Assembly (NCBI RefSeq): GCF_018977255.1
Contig: NW_024705494.1
Location: 1 to 39,740, forward strand
Length of the DNA stretch: 39,740 nt
From: Callorhinchus milii
Taxonomy: Eukaryota
Direction: 5' to 3'
Part shown: positions 14,001 to 27,124 of the stretch, piece after piece
How positions within the stretch are numbered: the stretch's first letter is position 1
How the letters are laid out: each line of letters starts with the position of its first letter
Notes under the pieces: generated by a model
Database searches by the model: none
The model's input: only the letters and a program-made list of their open reading frames with translations
Told to the model about the DNA's origin: nothing
Program-made: the position numbers and the translations under genes

Positions 14001-17000
14001 CAAATAATATCCGTCATTTCCTCGCCCCCCCAGGCGAACTACAGAGGCTCCGTATATTCAGGGGATCAGTCGTTAACGTCATCCGAAAATTATTGACAGC
14101 TGATTGACCCGGTGGCCGCCCTTTGGAGCAACGAATTTGCGATAAACACGTTTTAGATTGTGATTTGCATAAGTGTCCCACTTCAGAACTGAAGCAATGG
14201 ACCCGCTTAGACCCCACTATAAGTACGATCACGGTGCCAATGGGTACTTTTCAGTTGAGAACGCGTAATCGGTCCAAGGATCTCTGTAAAGCCGGTCCCT
14301 TTTCGGTCACCGGTTGCGCCGCCTACTAATCCGGGTGTTGGTCCTCTATCTCCGCAGTTGTTTAAGGCTACAATGCTATTAACATCAGACCTTAGTTAAT
14401 ATCCAAATTAAGCCCGCTTGTCAGCATCGGAAGCCGGGCAATCATCCAGATTCCCAGGGGATCGCGGTTTGTAATTCCCTGTGTAGCGAAACCTCTGTGG
14501 GATTATGCTGGCTGTCCCGCGAGGTAACCAAGTGCATTTCTTGAATCGTGTCAAAGCGGGATAGTATCGGAGTCTGCATTAGACGTCCACTATTAGACTA
14601 CAAACAATTAGCTGAGGATGTAACACCATTAGTTGCAAAGATCAACCTAATAACCTCGTGGGGCGATAATTATCCAAGATTTTTCCTACACCTCCCTGGT
14701 TTATCCCACAAGATCAAAGTAGTCAATTGGACTGCTCTCCTATCGGCACTACTCGGCCCTGCTGTACCGAGGCAGCTTCGGACGTATTCTCAGGCTGTAG
14801 TGGTATAGATTGATCGGGACCTATCTAGCCCCCGCGAACACCGTTAAGCAGTTTGGCGAGAGAAATCGTAGCCACAGGGTAGAGGGAGCCGTGAAGTTTT
14901 CTCTGCCCAAGGGTAATTACTGCTCATACGAATAGGGGTTGACGGATCTGAACTCTTTCGACTTATATATCAGCCAGGTAATGGATAGGCGAAGCGGCAT
15001 TGTGTTCGATAACTGGCTGCCGCTGCTGATGCGGTAACTACACATCGCGACCTGCCACTTCAACGTGAGACCGAGGCTGCCAGTAGAGGAAAGTGCGCCC
15101 TATTATTTCACCCTCTTAGAATCAAGTCGTCACCACCAGACCACCCATAGACCTGGACATCAGGCGGCCCCCCCGGAGCCGGAAACGAAGTCGAAAGAGC
15201 TTTTTAGCTCACCACTGTCAAAGGATGCCGATCATTATTTAGGGGCCGCAGTCTATATCGACTGCTCGGCTAACCAACGAATGGGTATGGGATCTCTGCA
15301 CGGAGTATGTACGGCCAGCAGCAGTGTTTCTTATACCACCCATTCTGTTCTTTACTCATTACTGGGCTTAAGGCGTTTACTGTAGTCGTAATGCACGAAA
15401 AAGGGCCGACAAGATGATATTTGACACCCAATCCGTGAGGGGCCTTTAGTTACGCCATTCAAAAGGCCGTGTTGCGTTTTAAAATCGCCCCCCTCCGTGC
15501 GTGACTCGCAGTACGACCAACAGCCACCGGCCGTCTGCTACCTATGCCCTTAGAGGTCGGCGAGGACTCACTACATAGAACCCAGGACAGCGGTCATATT
15601 AGGTCGAGCTGATTGACATTAAATTGATCCGGCCTGGACATCTACGGAGGCAAAAAAGGACGAGTTAAGTTTTGTGTATTGTTTTATTAGTAAAGCTAAG
15701 ATATGTCAGCGTGAAAAAAGGGTAGGCGACTGATGGAGGGAATAACGAGAAAACTGCTAGGGAATTCAATGAAATGTAGTCCGAGGTGTTACCGGAGGGT
15801 ATGCACCTCAGATCCACAGCTAACGCGGCCACCAAAGGCCAGCCCGCGTTGGAGTTCTCGATGGACCAGCTATCATCACGCATTCGCAAGAGATTCGTAT
15901 GATTGATCCTCAAGGATAGGACTAACTCTTTAAGGTCGCCACGCTGGGGAGCTGGGAGACCCTTACCGTTTGGGGTTATAAGTGCCTGTGGCGTGAACGA
16001 CGATTTCTAGGGCTCATCTCGGGGGTCGGCATTTAAAAGACGTGATTTCCCTGAGGAATTGGCAGAAGCTAGGGCGTCAGCGCTGAAAACCTCAGCGTGT
16101 TGCTAGGTTCTGACCCTCAACTATAGCGAAGCCCACAGGAAGACTTGGTAGAGATGCCAAAATATCCAGTAACTACGAAGCACAGCAATCAGAGGTAGCT
16201 ACGACCCAATGCTCTAATAAGGAATCTTAATGCAAGCGGGAAGAGTATGGCTACTTTATGAATGCCTTCAACGTTAGTCCCGCATAGTTTTACCTAAGGA
16301 AAATTATACACAATCGTAACTGTTTACAGCAAGCTGAAGACTGTCTACACCAAGCTACATAACAGGTGTTTATCAGACCCAATAAATACCAGTGAAGTTA
16401 AACAGCGCCATCCCTGCATATTTTTAGAGGTGGATCTAAAGAAAGCGGTGACCCAGTACGCCTGACACGTTGGACACGCGAAAAGCGGTAACGGCTCCAA
16501 TGGCGTAGGGCGTGTCGAGCATGTCTGACTGATCACAACCACTTCGGGTTAGAGGTAGCCGTGTGCGGAGAAGAAGGAGGGTCCTAGCGCATCCAGTTAT
16601 GGGTGGCCAGTGTATTGATTACATACTATGCGTGTTGAAAGCCAGCAATCCCACACAACACTACTCGGACATGTCGCATGTGATCGGACAGTTTCCCGCG
16701 TGAGTCTGTGGCCGCCAAACATGAATCATTTCCAGAGTAAAAGCCTGACTGCCTAGGTGATACACCACGCAAGGCTCAAGTATCGTCTATCACGGGATCG
16801 CTCGGACACCATAATATGTCAAGCGTTTTAAACATTGTCTAGTAGTTGGTTCTATGCCCTGATGTAACGTGTCACTAAGTCGAAGAAGCTCATCGTTGAC
16901 TCAGGCCGCTTTATTAGTGCCTTCTCCAATACAAGACGACACAAAATTCCACGGCTTTATTCTAGCCCTTCCCCCGCGCCAGTGCATGCCTAACAATCCA

Positions 17001-20000
17001 GTGATAAGACAATCTCTGACCCCATGCGGCCGTCATTGCTCTACTCCCGACTCGCTAAGATTGAGAGCTTTTTACAAACAGATAGAGGAGCCTGCAAGTA
17101 GTGGCGCGGTTATTTCGGTTGTGCCGACTGCGTAATGTTGGCTGCTGGGAGACATAGTACGAGAGGCGCGACAATTCTCGCACTAGCAGCATGAAGGCCA
17201 TGAATGGCTATTATCTGCAACGCGAGGACATTACCACCGACCCTTCAGCAGTCAAACACAAGAGTGGAAGGATCCAGAACGGGTCGAGTACACCGACGCA
17301 CGAGTCGAAGTGGAAAACGAGCCAACCGTGTGTAAATCCTACTTAGGAGTCCCACTGGGCTGCATTGAACCAAGCTACTTCGCTGGGGAATAACATAATT
17401 TGGACAACATGTTAGGAGAGATTTATACCATTAAGAATAATTCTTCGACAACAGCAGATTATGATTCGGTTGCGCAGGAATAGTAGAACCGGAACTTCCT
17501 TAATGCGTTGACAATAACCCTAGGGGCTAGCTGACGAGGGTATGCGTTAGGCATATGAATAGTTCTCTACTTGTGAAAAGATATTGAAGTCCCGAATCAA
17601 GACAAGTTTTACCAGGGGTTCACCCCGATAGAAGGACACCATGGACTAGAACTCCTCTCCCCTTTTCACACCTCCATCGCTGCAAAGACGTATAGCGTGT
17701 TGCACCAGCAGATTTAGCCGGGAAGTTTAGGTCCTAAAGGTGCCACGGCCTTGGTCGGCCGGTTAAATGTAAGAGATCCTGTCTTCATCGCAGCCGCTGC
17801 TGTCCTATTCCTCACTTCATAACGCCGAGTTCTGTAAGCAAATCTGTCAACAAAGAAAAGGTCATCGGTAGGGGGTATGGCAATGCCACCATCGGGTTCA
17901 GCATTGCCTTCTAAGACTACAGCTAACTACGATGCTAGATGGACGGCCAGTGTAACAGAACAGAGAGTCTGAAGATCCTTGGCGGGATGAAACCAGAGTA
18001 GAACGTGCCCGATTAACTTTTACTACCCCAATCTCACAACTCCTCATGAACCTGCATAACTATCCTGACCAAGTTGATGCGGGCTGTAACATGAAGCCGC
18101 CGTTTCGAAAGTGTGGGATGGCTAGTGCCGTTCCGTAAGTGAAAAGCACCCAACAGTCCCTCCTCTTATTTTCCCACGATGGTCTTCGTGGCTTCTCATG
18201 GTAATCACGGATTTGAAATGTAACTATTCAGTTACCGATTAGATTATAATGCTTCTTACATCAACTCATATTACTAAACGCGACTCCTATGATTATTCGG
18301 CCCCACATGTGGTCGCAACTATTATGCTGGGTTGTACTCAGGCCAGAGGTTGCTGTGTTATTCGGTAATACAGACAGGGTAAAGGCCGCGTTTTGCCATG
18401 ATGTAAGGCTATCTTAGTTGCACGGATTGGAAATTGTACTTAAGATGTATCGCCGACTTCTAGTCCCATTGCCCACCTCTGAGACCACGAAAGAAGGGTG
18501 GAGAAATCCTGCGGAGTATCCCCTGCACAGGTACGGCTAGATAGGTTCTTAGATTTCCCGCAACCCCGTTGATGTGGTCCGAAACACTGTAAACGTCCTT
18601 ACAATCGATGAATAGATCCCATAGGTACACCTAGACACCGCTGGGCATGTGAGACGGGGTGTCCGACGTTTGGGGTGGTTCACCGAATAGCGAGCACAAG
18701 GTTATGGTGAACGATGGGTACTTTAGGTGAGCCATGTCGGACTCCATTTGCAGGGCCAATAACCAGGCACTTTTTAATCCCCATATGGACCTTAAGGATG
18801 CTTCGCCGCAACGTTTAATACATTGGTTCAGAGTCCTAATGCCTGGAACTCCGCTAAACCAATGCACATAGTGGTTCATACTCCGGGGGCCCAACCGCAC
18901 TTCCAGGATAATGTAGGCACACACTTTGAGTCCAGTCCCTGTGTAGTTGTGCGTCTACATTCAAGATATAAGTCATCTTCGCACTTTGTAGCGATACTAA
19001 TGAATGCATACGCAGATGGTTAAGGGGAAACCGAGAGATATCCGCGATTTAATAGCTTGAGCAATTCATTGTATGTGCCAAGAGTAGGGTATTTAATTGA
19101 TTTTATGTCCGAGTTATGTGGGCTCCAATCGTTGGGGTGTCATCTAGTCGGTTCTTTGGCGAAAGATGAGAGCACAAAGTAATATAATTCCCCCATAACT
19201 GTTTATATGGTGCCATGACAGTCCGGCAGGTTTGCCTAAGAGGGGCTTGGTTTATCGCTACCGTAGGTGGTGACAATATAATGACTGTACCTGGCGGGGA
19301 CTGAGCACATCTACCGAAATGTATTAACATGTAAACTCCCTTCTGTTACGTCCAGTATGTAGGAGCACATAGGGTTACAGTGGTACAGGCTGGTCTCTCC
19401 ATCAGTTAACGAAGATCTATAGACCCTTCTTTCTCGCCACGGCATAGAGCCAGGGAACGTCATCCTTGTCATTGGATAAAATGGTCAGTCTGACTGGGAA
19501 GTCAGTAAGAGATTTTTAAGCAAGGAAAATCAGTCTGGCCAGGTTTTGCAGCCGACAGCGCCTTGCAAAACGATATGGTCGGGCAATTACATCGGCCCTT
19601 AATGCTAGGGCTAATGATTGCGGAATGTTAAATCCAGAATTCTTTCAACGGGCCAGACAGGACAAGAGGCTCTGCCGCGTACGCCCCGACTGACGTAGGA
19701 ACGAGACTTCCGAGGTCGCCCTCTATTGTTTGCTGAACACTAACCAACTTAGTGCGTATTGTCAGTGGCACAGTTCGAGAAGGACGCTGGCGGTTTCTGC
19801 AGATAGGCTCCAGTGCTTCCACATGTGCACCAAGATTATGTGGAAAACCCGATCACTAATGGCCCAACAAAAATCACCCTGGAAACGGAGTCTAGTTCTG
19901 TTACTACGGTAGTCCCTAGCGAGGGAATGCATGATATGAGGACAAATACGCGGGATCGCACGAAAGTGAGCGACTATCGACCTAGATAGCATCCCACCTC

Positions 20001-23000
20001 CTCCGCTTCGATGCGTGTTAGTTCTAGGAAATATTTAATGCTAAGCAACTATTACATTTATCACCTTACATGCACGTCTGCGGACCGGCGCAAAGGGCGT
20101 GGCCATGATTTACTGGTACAAAATGGGGGCAGATTATATGGCTGCTAACTTCATCGGACTACCCGAGAAGCGGTGCTGGATCAGCATCCCTTGCATCTGA
20201 AACCGCGCACAGGGGAAGCCTAATTAATCGCGGATCACGCCCAAAACATGGTCACGATGCAAAATGTTTATCTATATACACCCCTCTTTAAGGATTCGGT
20301 CCACAGATCTGATCGGCTCACCATTTTTTAATAACTCAATCAAGGCATATCAACGTGCGAGGGGTCTAAGAGGTTATAGCCGCTCCCCCTATTCCCCTAG
20401 GGTATGCCGGATTCAGCCCATACAACGTGCTAAGCTCCCGAGCTTCCACCCGATTAAAGGCTTTATACCATTATAGCCGCCGACATTGCAGGCTGGAAAA
20501 TAAAAACGTAGGCTAGTCCATCCCGTGATCCTTAATATAACTGGTTTCCTGGGATACGAGTTGAAACCTTCGCACCGTAGGGCTACAGGTAACAAGCGGT
20601 AGGGCATTTACATTTAATGCATTGCTTTAACTCTGCCCAAAGCAAAGGCTTAGTGTCGACTTATGTCTTTCCATGGCGCTGTCGAAACCATGTGCCAACG
20701 ATACTGCACGGTTATTTTCCACAGAGCGTTTAGGCACAATAGGAATTTTTGAGCATAGACTGTTCTCCACGTACACGTTCAAGTGAGCCAATAGAAAATT
20801 CAGTTGTCAAGCAGAGACGGCGTCAAAGTTAAGAAACACTACGACCCCAAACCTTGTGAACAACCGAGCTAGCCTTCATAAACCAATAGACGGCCGCCCC
20901 TGTCGAGTCTGTAGCCAGCTTAAGCGCCACGCGGGGATTGGTCTACTCGTCAAGTCAAAGCGACCCCAGTCGATGTTATTCTACCACAATGTGTATACGT
21001 CAATTGCTGTAGACCCGACTCACCCTGATATACCTAACGTGCATCAGGTGTGGGGTAAACTCTGCAAGCTCACATAGACGATGTAAGCTGTTTTCAAAAA
21101 AGCGCCGAGCCTTCGCTACAGGCCCAGCCGGGTCCGAAATGGCTCATACAACTCTTAGGTAGGCGCTTATGCATAGGGCCGACATCATCGGAGGATGCGG
21201 ATTATTATCATCTTCTGCGGCTTACATTCGGTAGCGCGATGGGTTGCGGATTCCTTTGCATCCAGCCTAAATTAGAGTCCTTTATCAAACGTCTCTGTCT
21301 GCCCTCCTTCTTTAAGGAGGACGTATAAATAGCAGTACTGCAAACACTAGTACGAAATTACATCCATAATTTTGTGGTCGGACTATTGTGCATTACTCTA
21401 CTCAGATCTCTCATAATACAATATAGAACATCCAAACGAGTCCGTCTGCGGTCTTCCCCCATCCTAATCGAGACCAATGGGCAACGTTTCTCCTAGTGTT
21501 TAGGCTAGCACCTTTTCTCCTAGCGCCCGGCCGGGAATTAAATATTCGGAATACCTGACTGGTAGTCGACTCTGCATAACCTTGAGTTGATCTAGGTACT
21601 TGATCCTACTATTGAAATATATGCTGCGTCACAGGCCGAGTCACGCCCGATCAATCTTGTAGAACACGTCAGAACCATACACGGCGAGGATTAGTCTCAT
21701 TTGCGTCATTAGATTTGGCCCGACCCCCGGGCCTTGTCACACCCGGGCGGAACACGCTGTACGAAACAGGCTAGAATGAAATGCTCTAGCACTCGGAGCT
21801 AAAACAAAGAATCCATTCTAGAGCATCCGATCGGGCACAACGGCATAGAAGGTTGGTTTTCAGGCAATGGATAGGTAGCGCCCCAATGTATACCCTGATG
21901 TAATTGTTGCCCACCAGGCTGAACCTGAGTGATCGGAGTGGAGGGCGTCTCTAGGGGATAATCGTACATGGCCCTAAATACGGGTAACTCCCAAAAATCC
22001 TTATTCTTATCAACCCACGCTGGCTTGAGGTCGGTTACCATAATACAGAACTGGGATTAAGTGCAGGGGCTTAACGGCAGGCACGTGGACCCTTGTCGTA
22101 CCTATAGTAGTGCATTGTTGATTATCATGAGCAAACCTTTTCTATAAAGGACGCAGGATACCCGTCCGAATTGGACAGCCAGGCAGTTCCGTGCGCGTCC
22201 GAAGTGTCTTGAATCGGGTTCAACTTCATCTTACAACATTCTTAAACGAGCCAACATTTGACGTAAGAAACATTGGGACGCTGAGTAAAATGCGTCGGCC
22301 CTATGAATTGGTCTCCCAAGCGTCGTCAACGAGATATGGCCTCGCACGACTTGTAAGCCTCGAAGACCGGCTTGATACTGCGCTGTCCCCCAGCTAACCC
22401 ATGAAAACGAGGGGGACATCGAGTTTCAATACAGCTCATCAAAGTGGCAGCCGGAGAGACGGTCTAATCTGCCGGCCCGAACTATACACATCCACTCTTT
22501 GAGATGTAACAATATTAAGACTCTAGTATTCAGCCCTCTTTCTTATCCTAAGGGTTTTAGGCAAACCCTCCAAGGTTCCGAAACTACTCAGCGCCTAATT
22601 CACATCCGAGGGCTTCGTCCCCTCAAGCAGCTGTAAATATTGTCCTAGAATACTTCTAATTTAATGCAGAATGGTGATGGGACTGCACCTCCTGTGAAGC
22701 ACTTGCGACTCGTTTTGGTGGTATAGGGTCTTAGATTGGGTGTGGCAGTCCAGCAGATAGACTTCGTGGCGCCAGAGCGAAAATACGAAAGGTAAGAAGA
22801 GTTGAGTGTCTGCTGGCGTTCAACCTCCGAGTTGGATAAGGTGTGCTATAATCGCCCGGGCTAGAAGAAATTCCTTTCGCAGGAACCCTTCTTCTGAGGC
22901 AGCCTCATAGTAACAGGTGGCCCAGTGACCCGCGAAGGATTGAGACAACCCTTTCAGTTACTAGTCCACTTTTTACAGGAGTATACCTTTTTTACGAATG

Positions 23001-23500
23001 CGTCCAAGCGGTTTGGAATCGCTGAGCATGGTGTTTCACCTTGACATAAATTTACATTGGCAAGAAAAGACACTTAACGGCGAGGACGGGTTAAGCAAGG
23101 TAATTACTAGCGATGAAGTCAGGTCCCCACTAGCGGGCATTACCCCAAAAGTTTAACGTTAGTAGATCGACAGCCTGTGCCAAGAAAGGGGTAATCCAAA
23201 GTAGACGTTTCTCAAAATCGGTGTTGATCTTTATCCATACAGCGCGTGAACTAGACACCAATGGCTGTTCAATTTGGATCCGCGCACGGGCGTGCGCAGC
23301 CTGGAAAAGTCCCGCTTTTCTACTTTTGAAGGGTGAGCTGCTCTGACGACGTCCCAGCCGCCTAGATCACCTTTGCCCACTTTCTACTGTAAGGATACAA
23401 TGGCTCTCTTAAATACCAACAGCGATTTCCCGGGCACCGCCTGGTGGTGTTTGTAAATTAAGGACCATGAGTATAAACTGAATTGAGGGTCGCTGAACAT
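2010..23500. other. Featureless, random-looking block (~21.5 kb; probably shuffled, synthetic or artefactual; boundaries approximate)
   Basis: By eye: balanced base composition, abundant CpG and TpA, no microsatellites and no SINE, LINE or other TE fragments. The longest ORF in the track is 123 aa and no protein motifs are recognisable. It contrasts sharply with both flanks. Confidence 0.75.
2769..2798. other. Assembly gap (30 N)
   Basis: Run of 30 N characters. Confidence 0.99.
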
Positions 23501-23686
23501 CTCCATGGTGCGGTGTGTACCTGCTTCAATATGGCCAACCATCCCCTCTCTGTGTGTGCCACAGTCCTGGCCCTCAACAGGTGCCGCTGCTGTTGCTGCT
23601 GTTTCTACTCACTACTAAAAGCACTTGCCCCTACAGTCTGCTGCGCCTACACGGGTGACCTTTGCCTTTATCTCCACCATGTGCAG

Positions 23687-23747
23687 ATCCTCGGGTTGCC
23701 TCCAAGATGTATGATGGATGCAGCTCCTAATGGAATGCACTACTTTG
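23687..23747 (+). CDS. DYRK4-like kinase copy A, exon for subdomain X
   Basis: Acceptor gtgcag and donor gtgagt. The 61-nt exon reads ILGLPPRCMMDAAPNGMHYF(D), matching DYRK (E)VLGxPP...xFFD. Confidence 0.82.
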
Positions 23748-23968
23748 GTGAGTTGAAGGGTGGGGTGAGCAACCGACCGGATTCAGTGTTAGGGTGTGGC
23801 CTGGAGCTGTTGGGGTGGCCATGGGGGGGGGCCTCTTTGTACTTTCAATTCCTTGGGTGTGGGTGGGTAAATGGGTGTCTGGGAGAGTGGGTGGGTGGGT
23901 AAGTGGGTAGGTAGGCAAAGTGGTGGTTGGTGACTGTGTGTCTCTCCTGCTGTGCATGTCTCCTGCAG

Positions 23969-24086
23969 ATCGTGTGGGCATGATGTTCTGCCCAGTCAAG
24001 AGAAGGGTGCCAGGGAGCTTGTCACTTCACGGGGCACTCAATAGCCACGACCCGGAGTTTGTTGAATTCGTCAGCTCCTGCCTGCG
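23969..24086 (+). CDS. DYRK4-like kinase copy A, exon for the CMGC insert to subdomain XI
   Basis: Acceptor tctcctgcag and donor gtaaga. The 118-nt exon reads (D)RVGMMFCPVKRRVPGSLSLHGALNSHDPEFVEFVSSCL(R), matching class II DYRK KxRxPGSxxL...DxxFxDFxxxCL. Phases match both neighbours. Confidence 0.85.
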
Positions 24087-24436
24087 GTAAGAATCATCCC
24101 CCACCCCCTCCCCATGAGGATTTCCTCCACCAAGGTGATCAACGATCGCTCTCCTCCGATCACCAGGAAGATGTGGAGCTGAGTGAACCTGCCGATGACC
24201 AGTACCACCGGTGTTAAGATCGCCCTCTTTGGAGGTTCATTAAAGATTCTACTCGGCAGTGCGAGGCTCAGGGCATTTTTAGAGTACTGCGTATTGAAGG
24301 ATTTTCGCTGCTACCACGACCACCGCTGCTGCCGTGCGTTCCTGGACCTCGTGGGAGAAGGGAAGGAACGTCAATGCTCTCACCACGCCTCTCTCACCAT
24401 GTGCGCCGCGTGTGACCCCCGTGTGCCTCTCAACAG

Positions 24437-24577
24437 ATGGGATCCGGATTGTCGCATGACGCCAGCGCAGGCGCTGGGTCACAGCTGGCTTCGGACCGCG
24501 GCCACCAGCACCACCAGCAACGCCACCACCACTGCTACTCCTGGCAGTGTACAGTGTTTTGGAGCTGCTGAGCGACG
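24437..24577 (+). CDS. DYRK4-like kinase copy A, exon for the end of subdomain XI plus a Thr-rich linker
   Basis: Acceptor ctctcaacag. Reads WDPDCRMTPAQALGHSWLRTAATSTTSNATTTATPGSVQCFGAAER, matching DYRK WDPxxRMTPxQALxHxW. Donor gtaagc at 24578; if unspliced, the frame stops at TAA 24579-24581. Confidence 0.85.
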
Positions 24578-25654
24578 GTAAGCCACGATCTGCTTGTCAA
24601 ATGTTCAAGACAGTCCATAGGGAGGTGTGGAGCCCGGGGCAAGTCACAATTAAACCGGAAGTATTACTAATAATACAGGTTTGTTTCGGTTAGATCGCGT
24701 AGATATACGTGTGTTGTTAAACCCACCATCACCCAACACAGTCAATTAGTAAGGTGTATCATGTAAACAAAATGTGACAATTAGTTACTAGATCAGCACA
24801 CCAGTGTGTTGGAAAGTAAACCCACCACATTTACAATTCGAGTACGACATTTTGCCGGGGATAATTGTGGAGAAATACTCCTGTTTCGGTCTTAAATAGT
24901 GATAAATGTGATGTCATCATTTGTGAGCCAATCTGGTATGAAAGCCTACGTGTTAAAAAGACATTACGTCTGACACCGTGACATCGAAGCACAGGGCCGC
25001 CAGAAGCACGGTGCCCGGGGCGGTTTCCCCAGTACACCGTACCCGGCTCTATATTGATTACTACTACCCTTATTTAGCCAGCATGAGCCTCACTCAGTCT
25101 CAAGACTCTTTTTAATTAGAGTCCTGCCAAGTTGTTTGCAGTACAGAACAAATTTGCTTTTGCTACTGCTGCTATGCGATTCCTATTGAGTGATTTGGGG
25201 GTTCAATTTCTAACACTGCCGAGGATGTCCATCCAACACTGGTTGTGTGGCGTGTGTGTCAGGGTTCGGTTACGTGGAGGAAAATGCCAAACCCCAAGGA
25301 ATGAAAGTTAAATTTTAATGTACAATTTTATTGAGGGACTGTGTTGTCTTGGTGAGGTCTGGGGCTGTTTTTGTTGATGTTTTGCTGCCTTGCCCAAGTT
25401 TGTATTTAATGTTGAAAAACTGGCAGGATTTTACGTACTTTGTGCTTGTATGCTCAATTATTTTGTGACTTGCTTACATTTTTACACGTTGCACTCATTT
25501 TCTTTTGTTTGTTGTTGTAACTTGCTGACCCTGTGCCTCGACTGCATATCTGTGAAAGAAGAGCTTCATAGCTTATCGGATTCCTCTTCATCCAGTATAA
25601 ATAATTTATTCTGATTTTGGAAACCAATGCAGGATAAAACGGGGGGGGGGGTAG

Positions 25655-25745
25655 AACACACTCCACATTCCACACGGAGAAAGTGGCCAAAGTTTGGGCA
25701 TCAAACCCAGGTCCTTCTGACTGTGAGTTCCAGCCCTGCCGCCTG
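25655..25745 (-). mobile_element. tRNA-derived SINE head fragment (V-SINE-like)
   Basis: The reverse complement reads tcacagtcagaaggacctgggtttgatgccc...tttctccgtgtggaatgtg, i.e. a B-box-like segment followed by the start of the V-SINE core. Confidence 0.5.
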
Positions 25746-26049
25746 CAAACGAACACATGTACAGTTCAAACACCACGTGTACATTCGGTTATATACGGAT
25801 GTATTTTTAGAATTGGTTTCTGTGTGAGGACAAATAATGTAGCAGCCATATCTTTGCCATGTAGCCTTTCATCCAGTGTGATATCGCAAGACTAATGCCC
25901 ATTTTGTAACCAGACCCACGATGGGCAAAGGTATGCTGCGTTACTGCAGCATCGTTATTTACCTGGTTAATCTATCTCCGCATGATGGTGGGGGGGGGGG
26001 GGGAGTGCGATCTCTGCTGTAGCAGGAAGTTGGAACGGTGTCTTTACAG

Positions 26050-26983
26050 AGCGGAGCCGGCGCTGCCCCCATCCTCCGCGCTCACCCAGGCCTCTAAATG
26101 GCTGACGGTTGTTGTGGAGGAAGAGGAGACTCCGGTGGAGGAGCTGTTGGTGCAGGAGGAGGAGACCCTGGTGGAGGAGCTGGTGGTGCAGGAGGAGGAG
26201 ACCCTGGTGGAGGAGCTGGTGGTGCAGGAGGAGGAGACCCTGGTGGAGGAGCTGGTGGTGCAGGAGGAGGAGACCCTGGTGGAGGAGCTGGTGATGCAGG
26301 AGGAGGAGACCCTGGTGGAGGAGCTGGTGGTGCAGGAGGAGGAGACCCTGGTGGAGGAGCTGGTGGTGCAGGAGGAGGAGACCCTGGTGGAGGAGCTGGT
26401 GGTGCAGGAGGAGGAGACCCTGGTGGAGGAGCTGGTGGTGCAGGAGGAGGAGACCCTGGTGGAGGAGCTGGTGGTGCAGGAGGAGGAGACCCTGGTGGAG
26501 GAGCTGGTGGTGCAGGAGGAGGAGACCCTGGTGGAGGAGCTGGTGGTGCAGGAGGAGGAGACCCTGGTGGAGGAGCTGGTGGTGCAGGAGGAGGAGACCC
26601 TGGTGGAGGAGCTGGTGGTGCAGGAGGAGGAGACCCTGGTGGAGGAGCTGGTGGTGCAGGAGGAGGAGACCCTGGTGGAGGAGCTGGTGGTGCAGGAGGA
26701 GGAGACCCTGGTGGAGGAGCTGGTGGTGCAGGAGGAGGAGACCCTGGTGGAGGAGCTGGTGGTGCAGGAGGAGGAGACCCTGGTGGAGGAGCTGGTGGTG
26801 CAGGAGGAGGAGACCCTGGTGGAGGAGCTGGTGGTGCAGGAGGAGGAGACCCTGGTGGAGGAGCTGGTGGTGCACGAGGAGGAGACCCTGGTGGAGGAGC
26901 TGGTGGTGCAGGAGGAGGAGACCCTGGTGGAGGAGCTGGTGGTGCAGGAGGAGGAGACCCTGGTGGAGGAGCTGGTGGTGTAG
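26050..26983 (+). CDS. Putative terminal exon of kinase copy A encoding an acidic (QEEETLVEELVV)n tail
   Basis: Acceptor tctttacag at 26048-26049. The phase-2 join CG|A from the 24577 donor gives the frame RAEPALPPSSALTQASKWLTVVVEEEETPVEELLV(QEEETLVEELVV)n, ending at TAG 26981-26983. Confidence 0.5.
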
Positions 26984-27082
26984 GAGGAGGAGACCCTGGT
27001 GGAGGAGCTGGTGGTGCAGGAGGAGGAGACCCTGGTGGAGGAGCTGGTGGTGCAGGAGGAGGAGACCCTGGTGGAGGAGCTG
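26117..27082. repeat. 36-bp minisatellite, ~27 near-identical units
   Basis: Unit caggaggaggagaccctggtggaggagctggtggtg. The first unit is degenerate; single-base variants occur at ~26294 (ATG), 26873-26875 (CAC) and 26981 (TAG). Confidence 0.98.
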
Positions 27083-27124
27083 AGGGCCTTACCTGGTAAA
27101 ATAAAAAAATAAAAAAATATTAGT

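Noticed and set aside
2010..23500. Dozens of 60-123 aa ORFs as a possible viral, Polinton or prokaryotic gene cluster
   Set aside because: Lengths are what random sequence produces, many start at non-ATG codons, they overlap arbitrarily, and none has a recognisable motif or operon-like packing.
26117..27082. 36-bp repeat array as a CRISPR array
   Set aside because: The units are head-to-tail with no unique spacers, there are no cas genes, and the context is eukaryotic.
25967..27099. His/Leu-rich (minus strand) and Gly-rich (plus strand) long ORFs
   Set aside because: These are alternative frames of a stop-poor minisatellite with no splice or homology support.
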